Assembly: GCA_964637555.1 (NCBI GenBank)
Contig: CAZWTJ010000001.1
Coordinates: 5,450 to 69,449, forward strand
Direction of reading: 5' to 3'
Source: an uncultured Dehalococcoidia bacterium
GTDB lineage: Bacteria > Chloroflexota > Dehalococcoidia > Lucifugimonadales > UBA6927
DNA length: 64,000 nucleotides
In this document: one piece after another, positions 56,120 to 64,000 of the stretch
Position numbering within the stretch: the first letter of the stretch is position 1
Layout of the letters: the number at the start of each line of letters is the position of its first letter
The notes under the pieces: generated by a model
Database searches by the model: none
The model's input: only the letters and a program-made list of their open reading frames with translations
Told to the model about the DNA's origin: nothing
Position numbers and translations under genes: made by a program

Positions 56120-57223
56120 TTGGAGCATGAATTGAATCTTAGAATCCCAGGCCCAATCCCCGTGGACGATGAAATACTAACAAGTATGTCATCACAGATG
56201 ATTAATCACCGAGGCCCAGAGTACAAGGAACTCCTGTACAGTATCACTGATAGACTGAAAAAAGTCTTTGAAACTACATCAGAAGTGTTTATCCTGACAG
56301 CCTCAGGCACTGGTGGAATGGAAGCTGCAATTGTAAACACTTTATCTCCAGCAGACAAAGTAATTAATGCATCATGCGGATCCTTTGGAGAGCGATTCGG
56401 ATCAATCGCATCTATATACGGAGCAGATGTTATCGAGCTGAAATTCCCTTACGGAAAAGCTATAGACTTAGATCATCTTAGAAAAACCCTACAAGAAAAT
56501 CCTGACACAAAGGCTGTAACTGTCACTCACAACGAAACATCAACTGGAGTGGTAAACAATATCGAAAAAATCAGTGAAGTGGTTAAAGGTGAATTTGAGT
56601 CATTGTTATTGGTCGACGGAGTTAGTAGTGTTTCATCGATTCCAGTTCGAACAGATGAATGGAATTGTGACGTAGTAGCAACTGCTTCTCAAAAGGGATG
56701 GGGGGTACCCCCAGGATTAGCCTTCTTTAATTTTAGTAGTGATGCATGGGAGGCACATAAGAATTCAACCATGCCTCGATATTACTTTGATGTATCAATG
56801 TATCAAAGTTATTATAAAATCGGCCAACCTCCTTTTACTCCTGCATTATCAGTAATGTTTGCAATGGATTTAGCTTTGGAAAAAATGACTACCCATGGAA
56901 TGGGGTCAATATTTGAACACCATTCGAATATTGCCAAAATGACACGTGAAGGAATTAAAAATCTTGGATTATCATTATTCCCCGACGAGTCTGTAGCTTC
57001 TGATACAGTAACTGCAATTAACTTACCTGAACACATCAGTTGGAGCGAACTAAACTCTACAATGCTCAATGAGCACAACGTGGTATTAGCTGGTGGTCAG
57101 GGCTCTCTTGCCGGAAAAATCTTCCGAATTGGACACCTAGGTGATACTCCTACAATCGAAATTGAAGAGACTTTAGACTCACTTGAAAAAGCACTGAAAA
57201 AACTAGGGTTTAAGAAAAACTAA
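56120..57223 (+). CDS. Class V aminotransferase (serine-pyruvate / alanine-glyoxylate type)
   Basis: Motifs IPGP, TASGTGGMEAA and ATASQKGWGVPPGLAF (PLP Lys). The track start is TTG 56120. TTG 56132 (MNLRIPGP) is more likely, because GGAG lies 6 nt upstream of it. Confidence 0.85.
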   Translation: MEHELNLRIPGPIPVDDEILTSMSSQMINHRGPEYKELLYSITDRLKKVFETTSEVFILTASGTGGMEAAIVNTLSPADKVINASCGSFGERFGSIASIYGADVIELKFPYGKAIDLDHLRKTLQENPDTKAVTVTHNETSTGVVNNIEKISEVVKGEFESLLLVDGVSSVSSIPVRTDEWNCDVVATASQKGWGVPPGLAFFNFSSDAWEAHKNSTMPRYYFDVSMYQSYYKIGQPPFTPALSVMFAMDLALEKMTTHGMGSIFEHHSNIAKMTREGIKNLGLSLFPDESVASDTVTAINLPEHISWSELNSTMLNEHNVVLAGGQGSLAGKIFRIGHLGDTPTIEIEETLDSLEKALKKLGFKKN

Positions 57224-57252
57224 AAAATATAAATCATCTGGACAGAACAGCT

Positions 57253-59085
57253 TTATGAATCAGGTGATAAGTTAGGATCTGTTGCAAATAGATTCCTTAA
57301 TTCTTCACCTTCTATCGTCTCGTAGCTGATCAAATACTTTGATAGCTGTGTTAATTTTGCCATATTTGATTTAAGTAAATCAGTTGCGGTTTTGTAAGAT
57401 TCATCAATTAAGGAAAAAACTTCCTGATCTATAGATTCAGCAATATCCTCACTATAATCACGTTGTTCAGAAATTTCGCGTCCCAAAAAAACCAATTCTT
57501 CACGTTTACCAAATGTTCTTGGTCCTAGTTTTTGACTCATCCCGTATTGGGTCACCATTGCCCTAGCAATATTGGTTGCTTGCTGCATATCACTACTGGC
57601 ACCGGTAGTCATTTCATCAAAAACTAACTCTTCTGCAACCCTACCTCCCAATGCGGCAGCCATCATGTCTTCAAATTGCCTCTTAGTCCATAGATGCCGA
57701 TCTTCTTGTGGCATATACCGAGTGTGGCCGCCAGTTTGTCCTCTAGCTACTATAGTGACTTTGTATGGCTTATCAGCATTTGGAAGTAATTCAGCAACCA
57801 ACGCATGGCCAGCTTCATGATAAGCAGTAAGTTCTTTCTCGCGTTGTGTGATCACTCTGCTCTTTCTCTCTGGGCCTGCAATCACTCGATCAATGCCTTC
57901 CGCAAATTCATCAGATTGAATAATCTTTTTACCACCCCTAGCCGCCAAAATTGCAGCCTCATTCACAAGATTCGCAATATCAGCACCGCTAAAACCCACC
58001 GTTTGTTGAGCAATATTATGTAAATCTAATTTTTCATCAACCGGCTTACCTTTTATATGAACATTTAAAATTTGCTCTCGGCCCTTAAGATCAGGGTTGT
58101 CCAAAACCACACGCCTATCAAATCTCCCAGGACGTAATAGCGCAGGATCCAAAATATCCGGACGATTCGTAGCAGCAACTACAATAACATTTGTACCAGT
58201 CTCAAACCCATCCATTTCGACCAAGATTTGATTTAATGTTTGCTCCCTTTCATCATGACCTCCACCTAGACCCGCGCCTCTATGTCTTCCAACTGCGTCA
58301 ATTTCATCTACAAATATGATACATGGACAATTCTGTTTCGCTTGTTCAAAAAGATCACGTACTCTTGAAGCTCCCACTCCTACAAACATCTCTACAAACT
58401 CACTACCACTCATATTATAAAAAGGTACATTTGCCTCGCCTGCAACAGCCCGAGCAAGCAAAGTTTTGCCAGTTCCTGGAGGCCCGACTAACAAGACCCC
58501 CCTAGGAATTTTTGCTCCTAATGCCTGAAATCTCTCAGGAGATTTCAGGAAATCAACAACTTCCTCTAACTCAGTCTTAGCTTCTTCGACCCCTGCAACA
58601 TCTGAAAAACTTACAGAAGGACTATCCGGGTCAAACATTCTAGCTCGACTCTTCCCAAAATTAAAAGTGTTATTTGCATTGCCTTGAGCTTGTCTCATCA
58701 TAAACAACAAAACTCCACCAAAAAAGATGATCGGCAAAAACGGTAGTAACAAACCAATTACAGAGCCAAAACCACTGGGACCTTTTACCTCAACAGGAAT
58801 GCCTGTATCCCCGACGGGGACCCCAGCTTCATTAAACGTGTCAATAATACTAGAACCAGGCTCTTTTTTAGCTGTAAAAGAAGCGCCATTAATATCAATA
58901 ACGTCCAAATTGTTCCCTTTAACTTCAACACTTTTAATATCCCCCCGTTGAGCCATCAATATAACATCAGTCATCGTTATAGACGTAGACTGATTAGTAT
59001 TATTGAAAAGCATAAACAACACGGAAATTGCCCCGATTGCAATCAGCACGTAACTGAGGTTGTTTCTACTGAACTTTTTGGGCAT
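57253..59085 (-). CDS. ftsH: ATP-dependent zinc metalloprotease FtsH
   Basis: 610 aa. Two TM segments, Walker A (GPPGTGKT), SRH region ([20 protein letters not shown]), and HEAGHA. Confidence 0.97.
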   Translation of the reverse strand: MPKKFSRNNLSYVLIAIGAISVLFMLFNNTNQSTSITMTDVILMAQRGDIKSVEVKGNNLDVIDINGASFTAKKEPGSSIIDTFNEAGVPVGDTGIPVEVKGPSGFGSVIGLLLPFLPIIFFGGVLLFMMRQAQGNANNTFNFGKSRARMFDPDSPSVSFSDVAGVEEAKTELEEVVDFLKSPERFQALGAKIPRGVLLVGPPGTGKTLLARAVAGEANVPFYNMSGSEFVEMFVGVGASRVRDLFEQAKQNCPCIIFVDEIDAVGRHRGAGLGGGHDEREQTLNQILVEMDGFETGTNVIVVAATNRPDILDPALLRPGRFDRRVVLDNPDLKGREQILNVHIKGKPVDEKLDLHNIAQQTVGFSGADIANLVNEAAILAARGGKKIIQSDEFAEGIDRVIAGPERKSRVITQREKELTAYHEAGHALVAELLPNADKPYKVTIVARGQTGGHTRYMPQEDRHLWTKRQFEDMMAAALGGRVAEELVFDEMTTGASSDMQQATNIARAMVTQYGMSQKLGPRTFGKREELVFLGREISEQRDYSEDIAESIDQEVFSLIDESYKTATDLLKSNMAKLTQLSKYLISYETIEGEELRNLFATDPNLSPDS

Positions 59086-59197
59086 CTAAACTCCTAAATC
59101 GGGTGTCAATCAGTTTTAAATGATTATGTGTATCGATAATGATACCATTTCAACCAATACCAACGCAAAAAATAGTAGAGATTTAATATTTTAAAAA

Positions 59198-59225
59198 TTG
59201 ACATATGAGTTAGTCTGTCTACAAT
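59198..59225 (+). promoter_or_regulatory. Sigma-70-like promoter for erpA-ygfZ
   Basis: TTGACA (59198-59203), 16-nt spacer, TACAAT (59220-59225). Confidence 0.45.
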
Positions 59226-59256
59226 TAGAGTTAAGAAAAATCTCGGAGTGATTGAA

Positions 59257-59616
59257 ATGACTACAAAAGCTAGACAAACACCTGATCCCCTGACTATTTC
59301 ATTGAGTGAAAATGCAGTCGCACATGTTCAAGATTTCGCATCAGATGCAGGAAAGCCTGGAGCAAACTTGCGTGTAGGCGTAAAAGGAGGAGGATGCTCT
59401 GGATTAACTTATACCCTCGACCTGGTCTACGAAGCAGGTGAAAATGACAAGGTTATAGAAGAAAATGGCATGAAATTATATGTAGATAAAAAATCATATA
59501 TTTTCTTGGCCGGAACTACATTGGATTATTCCGGCGGACTTAATGGTAAAGGCTTCGTCTTCAATAATCCTAATGCGAAAACGGCATGTGGATGTGGTAC
59601 AAGTTTTAGTGTCTGA
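59257..59616 (+). CDS. erpA: Iron-sulfur cluster insertion protein (HesB/IscA/ErpA family)
   Basis: Motifs GGGCSG and C-terminal CGCGTSF. I prefer ATG 59257 (GGAG 9 nt upstream) to the track's GTG at 59248. Confidence 0.88.
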   Translation: MTTKARQTPDPLTISLSENAVAHVQDFASDAGKPGANLRVGVKGGGCSGLTYTLDLVYEAGENDKVIEENGMKLYVDKKSYIFLAGTTLDYSGGLNGKGFVFNNPNAKTACGCGTSFSV

Positions 59617-59669
59617 TCATTTGAAATCTATCCCAAAAATTTCATTCCTTTTATAAAAAAGCGTCAACA

Positions 59670-60611
59670 ATGTTAAAAACCCCCAAAATATTCAGCTCGT
59701 TGTACAAAGACCTAACGGAAAAATCAGCCCTCCTTGATATTTCTGAATACGGGAGACTGAATCTAACTGGAGCTGATACATTAGACTTAATGAATCGACT
59801 CTCAACGAATCAAATTGAAGGTCTTGCTATTAAGACAGGTTTATTCACTGTTCTCACATCAAATAAGGGTAGGATTAAAGACCTTCTATACATTTATAGA
59901 CAAGATGAAGAAAAACTTTTATTAATTACATCGCCAAACAATCAGACCGACGTAGCCGAATGGATTGATTTTTATACATTCTCGGAAGATGTGGAAATTA
60001 ATGATATTTCGGATCAAACAAAATTGCTTTCCATTATTGGGCCTCAATGTGAAGTAGCAGCAAAAGAGTTGGAAGTTGACTCGAAAAATCTGACTATATT
60101 TGATTCTAATATTTTTGGACTCCCATGCAAAAATATTCTAATCCCTAATGAACAACATACAGAATTACTCCAATCAGCGGGAACTGCCTTCCCGAATAAA
60201 AACCTATTAGATTTAATAAGAATACAAAGATTTGTGCCGCTGATGAATAAAGACTTTAGCGAACAAAACAATCCTCTAGAAGCAGGCCTGAAACACTATA
60301 TCAGTTTTTCAAAAGGCTGCTATATTGGACAAGAAGTAATCGCACGATTAGATGCATATGATAAGGTCCAAAAGCTTTTAGTCGGGCTTGAATGGCAAAA
60401 AGATATTCAATTGGAACCCGGATCTACTCTTTCAGTTGAAGGAGTCCAAATTGGAAATATCACTTCATCAGTCACAGTCGAACCCAACCCTGGAGGAATC
60501 GGGCTAGGATTTGTAAAAAAACCTTTCGCCAATCAAAATTCTATTGTGTTAGGAACTAACTCCCAAGGAAATTCATCCAAAATTAAAGTAACAAATATAC
60601 CTGATTTATAA
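59670..60611 (+). CDS. ygfZ: YgfZ-type folate-binding protein (GcvT fold)
   Basis: 313 aa with the signature SFSKGCYIGQEVIARL. Confidence 0.8.
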   Translation: MLKTPKIFSSLYKDLTEKSALLDISEYGRLNLTGADTLDLMNRLSTNQIEGLAIKTGLFTVLTSNKGRIKDLLYIYRQDEEKLLLITSPNNQTDVAEWIDFYTFSEDVEINDISDQTKLLSIIGPQCEVAAKELEVDSKNLTIFDSNIFGLPCKNILIPNEQHTELLQSAGTAFPNKNLLDLIRIQRFVPLMNKDFSEQNNPLEAGLKHYISFSKGCYIGQEVIARLDAYDKVQKLLVGLEWQKDIQLEPGSTLSVEGVQIGNITSSVTVEPNPGGIGLGFVKKPFANQNSIVLGTNSQGNSSKIKVTNIPDL

Positions 60612-61763
60612 ATTCAAAAGGTTACTTTTCTCTAATAAAATTTGTTTGATTTGATTTGCAACAAATATTTCTGAACCTTCTGGCAATGTCGAAACCCTGA
60701 CGGCAATTGAATTCTCATTAACCTGTTTATTGTCAGGCCCTCCCATCCTTATCCAAATACTTGGATTTGCAGCTTTGAGCTGCTCTGAGATTTGCCGTGG
60801 TGTAATATTAAATATTGTCGGATCAAGTTCCATCGACAATCCTTCAATATAGCCTTTTTCTTGAGAGTAAGAGTAATTTACCCCTTCTAATTTCCCTAAT
60901 TCATTAGCAATGCTGTCGGCACGAAATCTATAAGAATCAATTCGTTTTTCGTGATTTATACTCAACCACTCATTCAATGCTACATAAATCGAAACCATTT
61001 CTTGTCGATCGATTTTCATAGGCCTGCCAAAAGATGAAATGCCATCTGATTCAAATCCTATAAAACTATTTTGGCGAGCAGCGAAAATTAAATCTTTCCT
61101 GCCAGTAAGCATCCCACTAGAATTAACTGATCCAAAATACTTGGCCCCATAAGCAACCAGATCACAGCCCAAGTGCACATACTTACTTAAGAGGGATGTA
61201 GGATATACCTCTCCAGCAGCATCAACAATCACAGGAACATCTTCCTCATGTGAAATCCTCACAACTTCTTCAATTGGTAATACTCCTTCCTTATTTCCAG
61301 GAGCAAGATAATGTACTGCAACGGTTTTAGATCCAATAGCTTGCCGTAATTGATCAGTTGTACAGCGATTTTCATCTCCCACCTCAATTAGTTTGGCTCC
61401 AGAAATTGAGAGATTTCGGTCATACCTGGTGCGCAAATTCCGTTGAATTAATATTTCATTTGGTAGACCAGTAGTATCTGGAATTCTTTCGATTAATTCA
61501 ATGTTATCCTTTGTTATACATGCGGCCGCAGCAACTGCAAGGGCAGCAGAACAACCAGAAGTAACCAAGACTGCAGGAACTCTTAAAATTTCAGAAATTC
61601 GTTCTCCAAGAATATTAGACAATTCACCCATATCCACAAAATCGTCTGCTTCTTCCATAATTTTCTTTACTGCCATAGAAGTTTTGCTGCCTCCGAGTAA
61701 AGTACGATTGCCATCAGCATTCAATACTTTTCGAATCCCTAATTCATCATAAATTTCCATCAA
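60606..61763 (-). CDS. SelA-like / DgaE-like PLP-dependent enzyme (COG1921-type)
   Basis: 385 aa. Fold-type I PLP pattern with the Lys in LVAYGAKYFGSVNSSG. Size and layout resemble short SelA-like lyases rather than true SelA. Confidence 0.65.
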   Translation of the reverse strand: MMEIYDELGIRKVLNADGNRTLLGGSKTSMAVKKIMEEADDFVDMGELSNILGERISEILRVPAVLVTSGCSAALAVAAAACITKDNIELIERIPDTTGLPNEILIQRNLRTRYDRNLSISGAKLIEVGDENRCTTDQLRQAIGSKTVAVHYLAPGNKEGVLPIEEVVRISHEEDVPVIVDAAGEVYPTSLLSKYVHLGCDLVAYGAKYFGSVNSSGMLTGRKDLIFAARQNSFIGFESDGISSFGRPMKIDRQEMVSIYVALNEWLSINHEKRIDSYRFRADSIANELGKLEGVNYSYSQEKGYIEGLSMELDPTIFNITPRQISEQLKAANPSIWIRMGGPDNKQVNENSIAVRVSTLPEGSEIFVANQIKQILLEKSNLLNL

Positions 61764-61873
61764 ATCCTCCAGAATTCCGAACTAATATCTCGAAATAAAG
61801 TCTTGCAAAAACCTCAAGCATTTCTGTTAACTAAAATGCTATCATTAATCAACCAATTAATTGAGGAAAATTT

Positions 61874-62242
61874 ATGTCTGCACAAACAGAAGTGACAAAG
61901 TTTGCCGAAGATCTTATTGAAACTCCAAAACCACATCTCAGACTGAGACTCTACCAAGACTCAAATGGGTTGAAACTTTCTATGGATAAGGACTTGCTAA
62001 TTTCTTGTCCATTAACGAAATTCGGAATGATTGCTGGAGGGTTTATTGCCAAAGCACTCGGAACTCCTGTGCCTGCACTTGGTGAAGAAATCCCCGTCAG
62101 GATATCCACAGGAGTTCTCTTTAGAGTAATTGCGATAGCAGAATTAAATTATTCTCAAGATTATTCATATATTCTTTTAGAAAGGTTGCTAGAAGAAGCC
62201 GAAATGCAACGTTCTTCAAAAGGCGCAGTTAGTGATTTATAA
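61874..62242 (+). CDS. Hypothetical protein (122 aa)
   Basis: GAGGA SD 8 nt upstream. No family recognised. Confidence 0.5.
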   Translation: MSAQTEVTKFAEDLIETPKPHLRLRLYQDSNGLKLSMDKDLLISCPLTKFGMIAGGFIAKALGTPVPALGEEIPVRISTGVLFRVIAIAELNYSQDYSYILLERLLEEAEMQRSSKGAVSDL

Positions 62243-62313
62243 AAAATCCTCTCCTTGATTTTTGGCTACCAAAACTAACTTGTTTGATTTAAAAAACCCC
62301 CATCACTATAATT

Positions 62314-62760
62314 ATGGTTTCGATTTTGGAAAGTTTAACAACCACAATGGATTACGCAGCACTTAAAATAGGTCAACAAATCTCTTCTGAATCAATTCAT
62401 TTGGATGGAGAAACTGTAGCAAATTTCAGAAACGCTGTAGATGACCAATCTCTATTATCAATCGATCGCGAAGGGGAAACATTAGTACCTCCTATGGCAG
62501 CTGCCGCTCTTAGTTTCAGAGGTGCAATCAAAGCCCTTAGGATCCCCGGAGGAACGCTTCATCTTAGCCAAGAAATTACATTTTCTAAAAGTATAAATAT
62601 TGGAGACAAGATCCAATGTGAGGCTACAATCACCAGAAATAGCTTAAGAAAAAAGTTAAGATTTATTCAAATTGAAACGTGTGTTACTGATCAAACAAAA
62701 GAGAAAGTTCTTGTAGGAAAATCTACAATTACAATCCCTGATATAGATAGAAATGAGTAA
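62314..62760 (+). CDS. MaoC-like hot-dog protein lacking the hydratase-2 motif (non-catalytic partner type)
   Basis: 148 aa with hot-dog-like length and C-terminal beta pattern. There is no D-x-N-P-x-H. The true start may be the internal ATG 62347 (MDYAALKIG...). Confidence 0.6.
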   Translation: MVSILESLTTTMDYAALKIGQQISSESIHLDGETVANFRNAVDDQSLLSIDREGETLVPPMAAAALSFRGAIKALRIPGGTLHLSQEITFSKSINIGDKIQCEATITRNSLRKKLRFIQIETCVTDQTKEKVLVGKSTITIPDIDRNE

Positions 62761-62765
62761 ATTTT

Positions 62766-63203
62766 GTGAGCTGTAATCCTTTCAATATCGGAGATTCGCT
62801 ACCTATAATTAGGAGATCAATCACACAATCAGTAATTGATCAATATGCCAAAGCTTCTGGAGACTTCAACCCAATACATATTGATCAACAATTCGCCAAA
62901 AATTCTCCTTTCAAATCTACTATTGCTCACGGATTGATGATCGCCTCATCAATTTCACATATGTTGTCAGAGGCCTTCGGCATTTCATGGACCAATTCAG
63001 GACAATTATCTCTAAGATTTCGAAATCCTGTTTTGGAAGGTGACTCAATATCGACTTTTGGACAAATAGAAACCATCGTTTGTCAAAATGATCTAATAGA
63101 AATAGACTGCAACGTAGGTGTAAAAAAAGATAGTGGACAAGATGCAATTACTGGGCAGGCAAAATTAATTTATGCGATTGAAAGAGGTACAGAATTTGAA
63201 TAA
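62766..63203 (+). CDS. MaoC family (R)-specific dehydratase, catalytic hot-dog subunit
   Basis: 145 aa with the hydratase-2 motif YAKASGDFNPIHIDQQFA. GTG start 6 nt after the preceding stop. Confidence 0.8.
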   Translation: MSCNPFNIGDSLPIIRRSITQSVIDQYAKASGDFNPIHIDQQFAKNSPFKSTIAHGLMIASSISHMLSEAFGISWTNSGQLSLRFRNPVLEGDSISTFGQIETIVCQNDLIEIDCNVGVKKDSGQDAITGQAKLIYAIERGTEFE

Positions 63204-64000
63204 CGATACAAATTCTCCTGTATGTATTGCAGTTGATGCAATGGGGGGAGATTTCGGCCCATCGGAAATCGTACCTGGAGCAATTCAGGCCGCAAGGAAC
63301 CAAGAAATGCGAATTTTCCTTGTAGGAGACCCCAACCTATTGAAGCAGGAAATGCAAAAACATGATGTGGCAAATTTGCAAATCAAAATAGTCCCATCAG
63401 ACTCAGTTGTTGAGGAGAACGAACAACCTGCATTGGCACTAAGAAATAAACCAAATTCTTCAATCCTTGTTGCTACAGGGCTAGTAAAACAAGGAATGGC
63501 TGATGCATGTGTAAGCATGGGGTCAACCGGTGCAGCGATGGCATCTGCAGTTGTTATGTTCGGTACAATTGAAGGTATAGAACGACCCGCTCTAGGAGGC
63601 CCAATAATCGGATTTGCTCCAAATACGGCAATTATTGATATGGGATCCAATGTCGACTGTCGCCCAGGCCAAATGCTTAGTTTCGCAGTAATTGGAAGGG
63701 TATATGCTCACAGATTCTGGAAAATAGAAAATCCCAGAGTAGCTTTATTGAGCGTCGGAGCCGAAACAGGCAAAGGAAATAGACAAATTCGTGAAACGAC
63801 CGAACTATTCCAAAATAGTCAGATAAACTTTGTAGGGAATATCGAGGCTGATCAGCTCACTAAGGGAATTGCAGAAGTTGTAATATGTGATGGGTTTGTA
63901 GGGAACATCGTCCTTAAACTCACTGAGGGATTGGGATCCGCATTAGCAAAAAGAGTCGGAGAAAAGTTAGAAAACCTCGTTCCGCTAGCAGTGTCTGAAA
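63172..64000 (+). CDS. plsX: Phosphate acyltransferase PlsX (5' part; runs off the right edge)
   Basis: Hand-translated frame: (MRLKEVQNL)NNDTNSPVCIAVDAMGGDFGPSEIVPGA...GSTGAAMA...DGFVGNIVLK. Candidate starts are ATG 63172 or TTG 63196, both overlapping the MaoC stop. Not in the ORF track because it is open-ended. Confidence 0.9.
   Translation, partial: MRLKEVQNLNNDTNSPVCIAVDAMGGDFGPSEIVPGAIQAARNQEMRIFLVGDPNLLKQEMQKHDVANLQIKIVPSDSVVEENEQPALALRNKPNSSILVATGLVKQGMADACVSMGSTGAAMASAVVMFGTIEGIERPALGGPIIGFAPNTAIIDMGSNVDCRPGQMLSFAVIGRVYAHRFWKIENPRVALLSVGAETGKGNRQIRETTELFQNSQINFVGNIEADQLTKGIAEVVICDGFVGNIVLKLTEGLGSALAKRVGEKLENLVPLAVSE

Noticed and set aside
1-64000. An alternative genetic code, selenocysteine recoding, CRISPR arrays, tandem repeats, transposons or prophage.
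   Set aside because: All family-assignable genes are uninterrupted under the standard code. I saw no spaced direct repeats, terminal inverted repeats, or transposase, integrase or phage-like translations in any frame of the track or in the gaps I read.

Overview
AT-rich, very gene-dense stretch of a bacterial chromosome, read with the standard genetic code. It holds about 58 protein genes and one tRNA. Most gaps are under 100 nt, and several start/stop and stop/stop codons overlap.

Housekeeping genes dominate: five aminoacyl-tRNA synthetases (pheS-pheT, serS, ileS, lysS, tyrS), gltB-gltD, ftsH, mutS2, fmt, greA, rsmD-coaD, thrB-lysC, trpA-aroH, aroG, ribF, moeA, ctaB, rnr, erpA-ygfZ and the 5' part of plsX.

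A looser accessory belt at roughly 24-42 kb carries:
- a signal-less Cys-type sulfatase with a DHDPS-family aldolase
- a DUF1501-DUF1800-NHL trio
- a eukaryote-like formylglycine-generating enzyme
- an SMP-30 propeller
- a Zn-ribbon mini-protein followed by an SDR / L-2-haloacid dehalogenase / cupin unit

At least eight CDS seem to use TTG or GTG starts: lysS, lysC, DUF1800, the HAD, the TPR protein, the aldolase, the aminotransferase and the MaoC dehydratase. The repertoire (MutS2, long IleRS, many cytoplasmic beta-propellers, streamlined layout) fits a marine Chloroflexota (SAR202-like) or similar lineage, but that is only a guess.

I saw no rRNA, CRISPR array, transposase or integrase, phage genes or recognisable defence genes. 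No non-coding gap is large enough to hide a structured RNA much longer than about 150 nt.

Bottom line: I found no clear-cut novel multi-gene system. The best leads are:
- the signal-less, order-inverted DUF1501-DUF1800-NHL trio
- a promoter + hairpin/U-tract leader in front of aroG
- a strongly promoted Zn-ribbon mini-protein ahead of a haloacid-dehalogenase operon
- a HadAB-like split MaoC dehydratase pair fused into the plsX operon
- an unannotated 51-codon basic ORF next to a 41-bp palindrome

All family calls come from motif recognition by eye in the supplied translations. No database search or folding computation was run.
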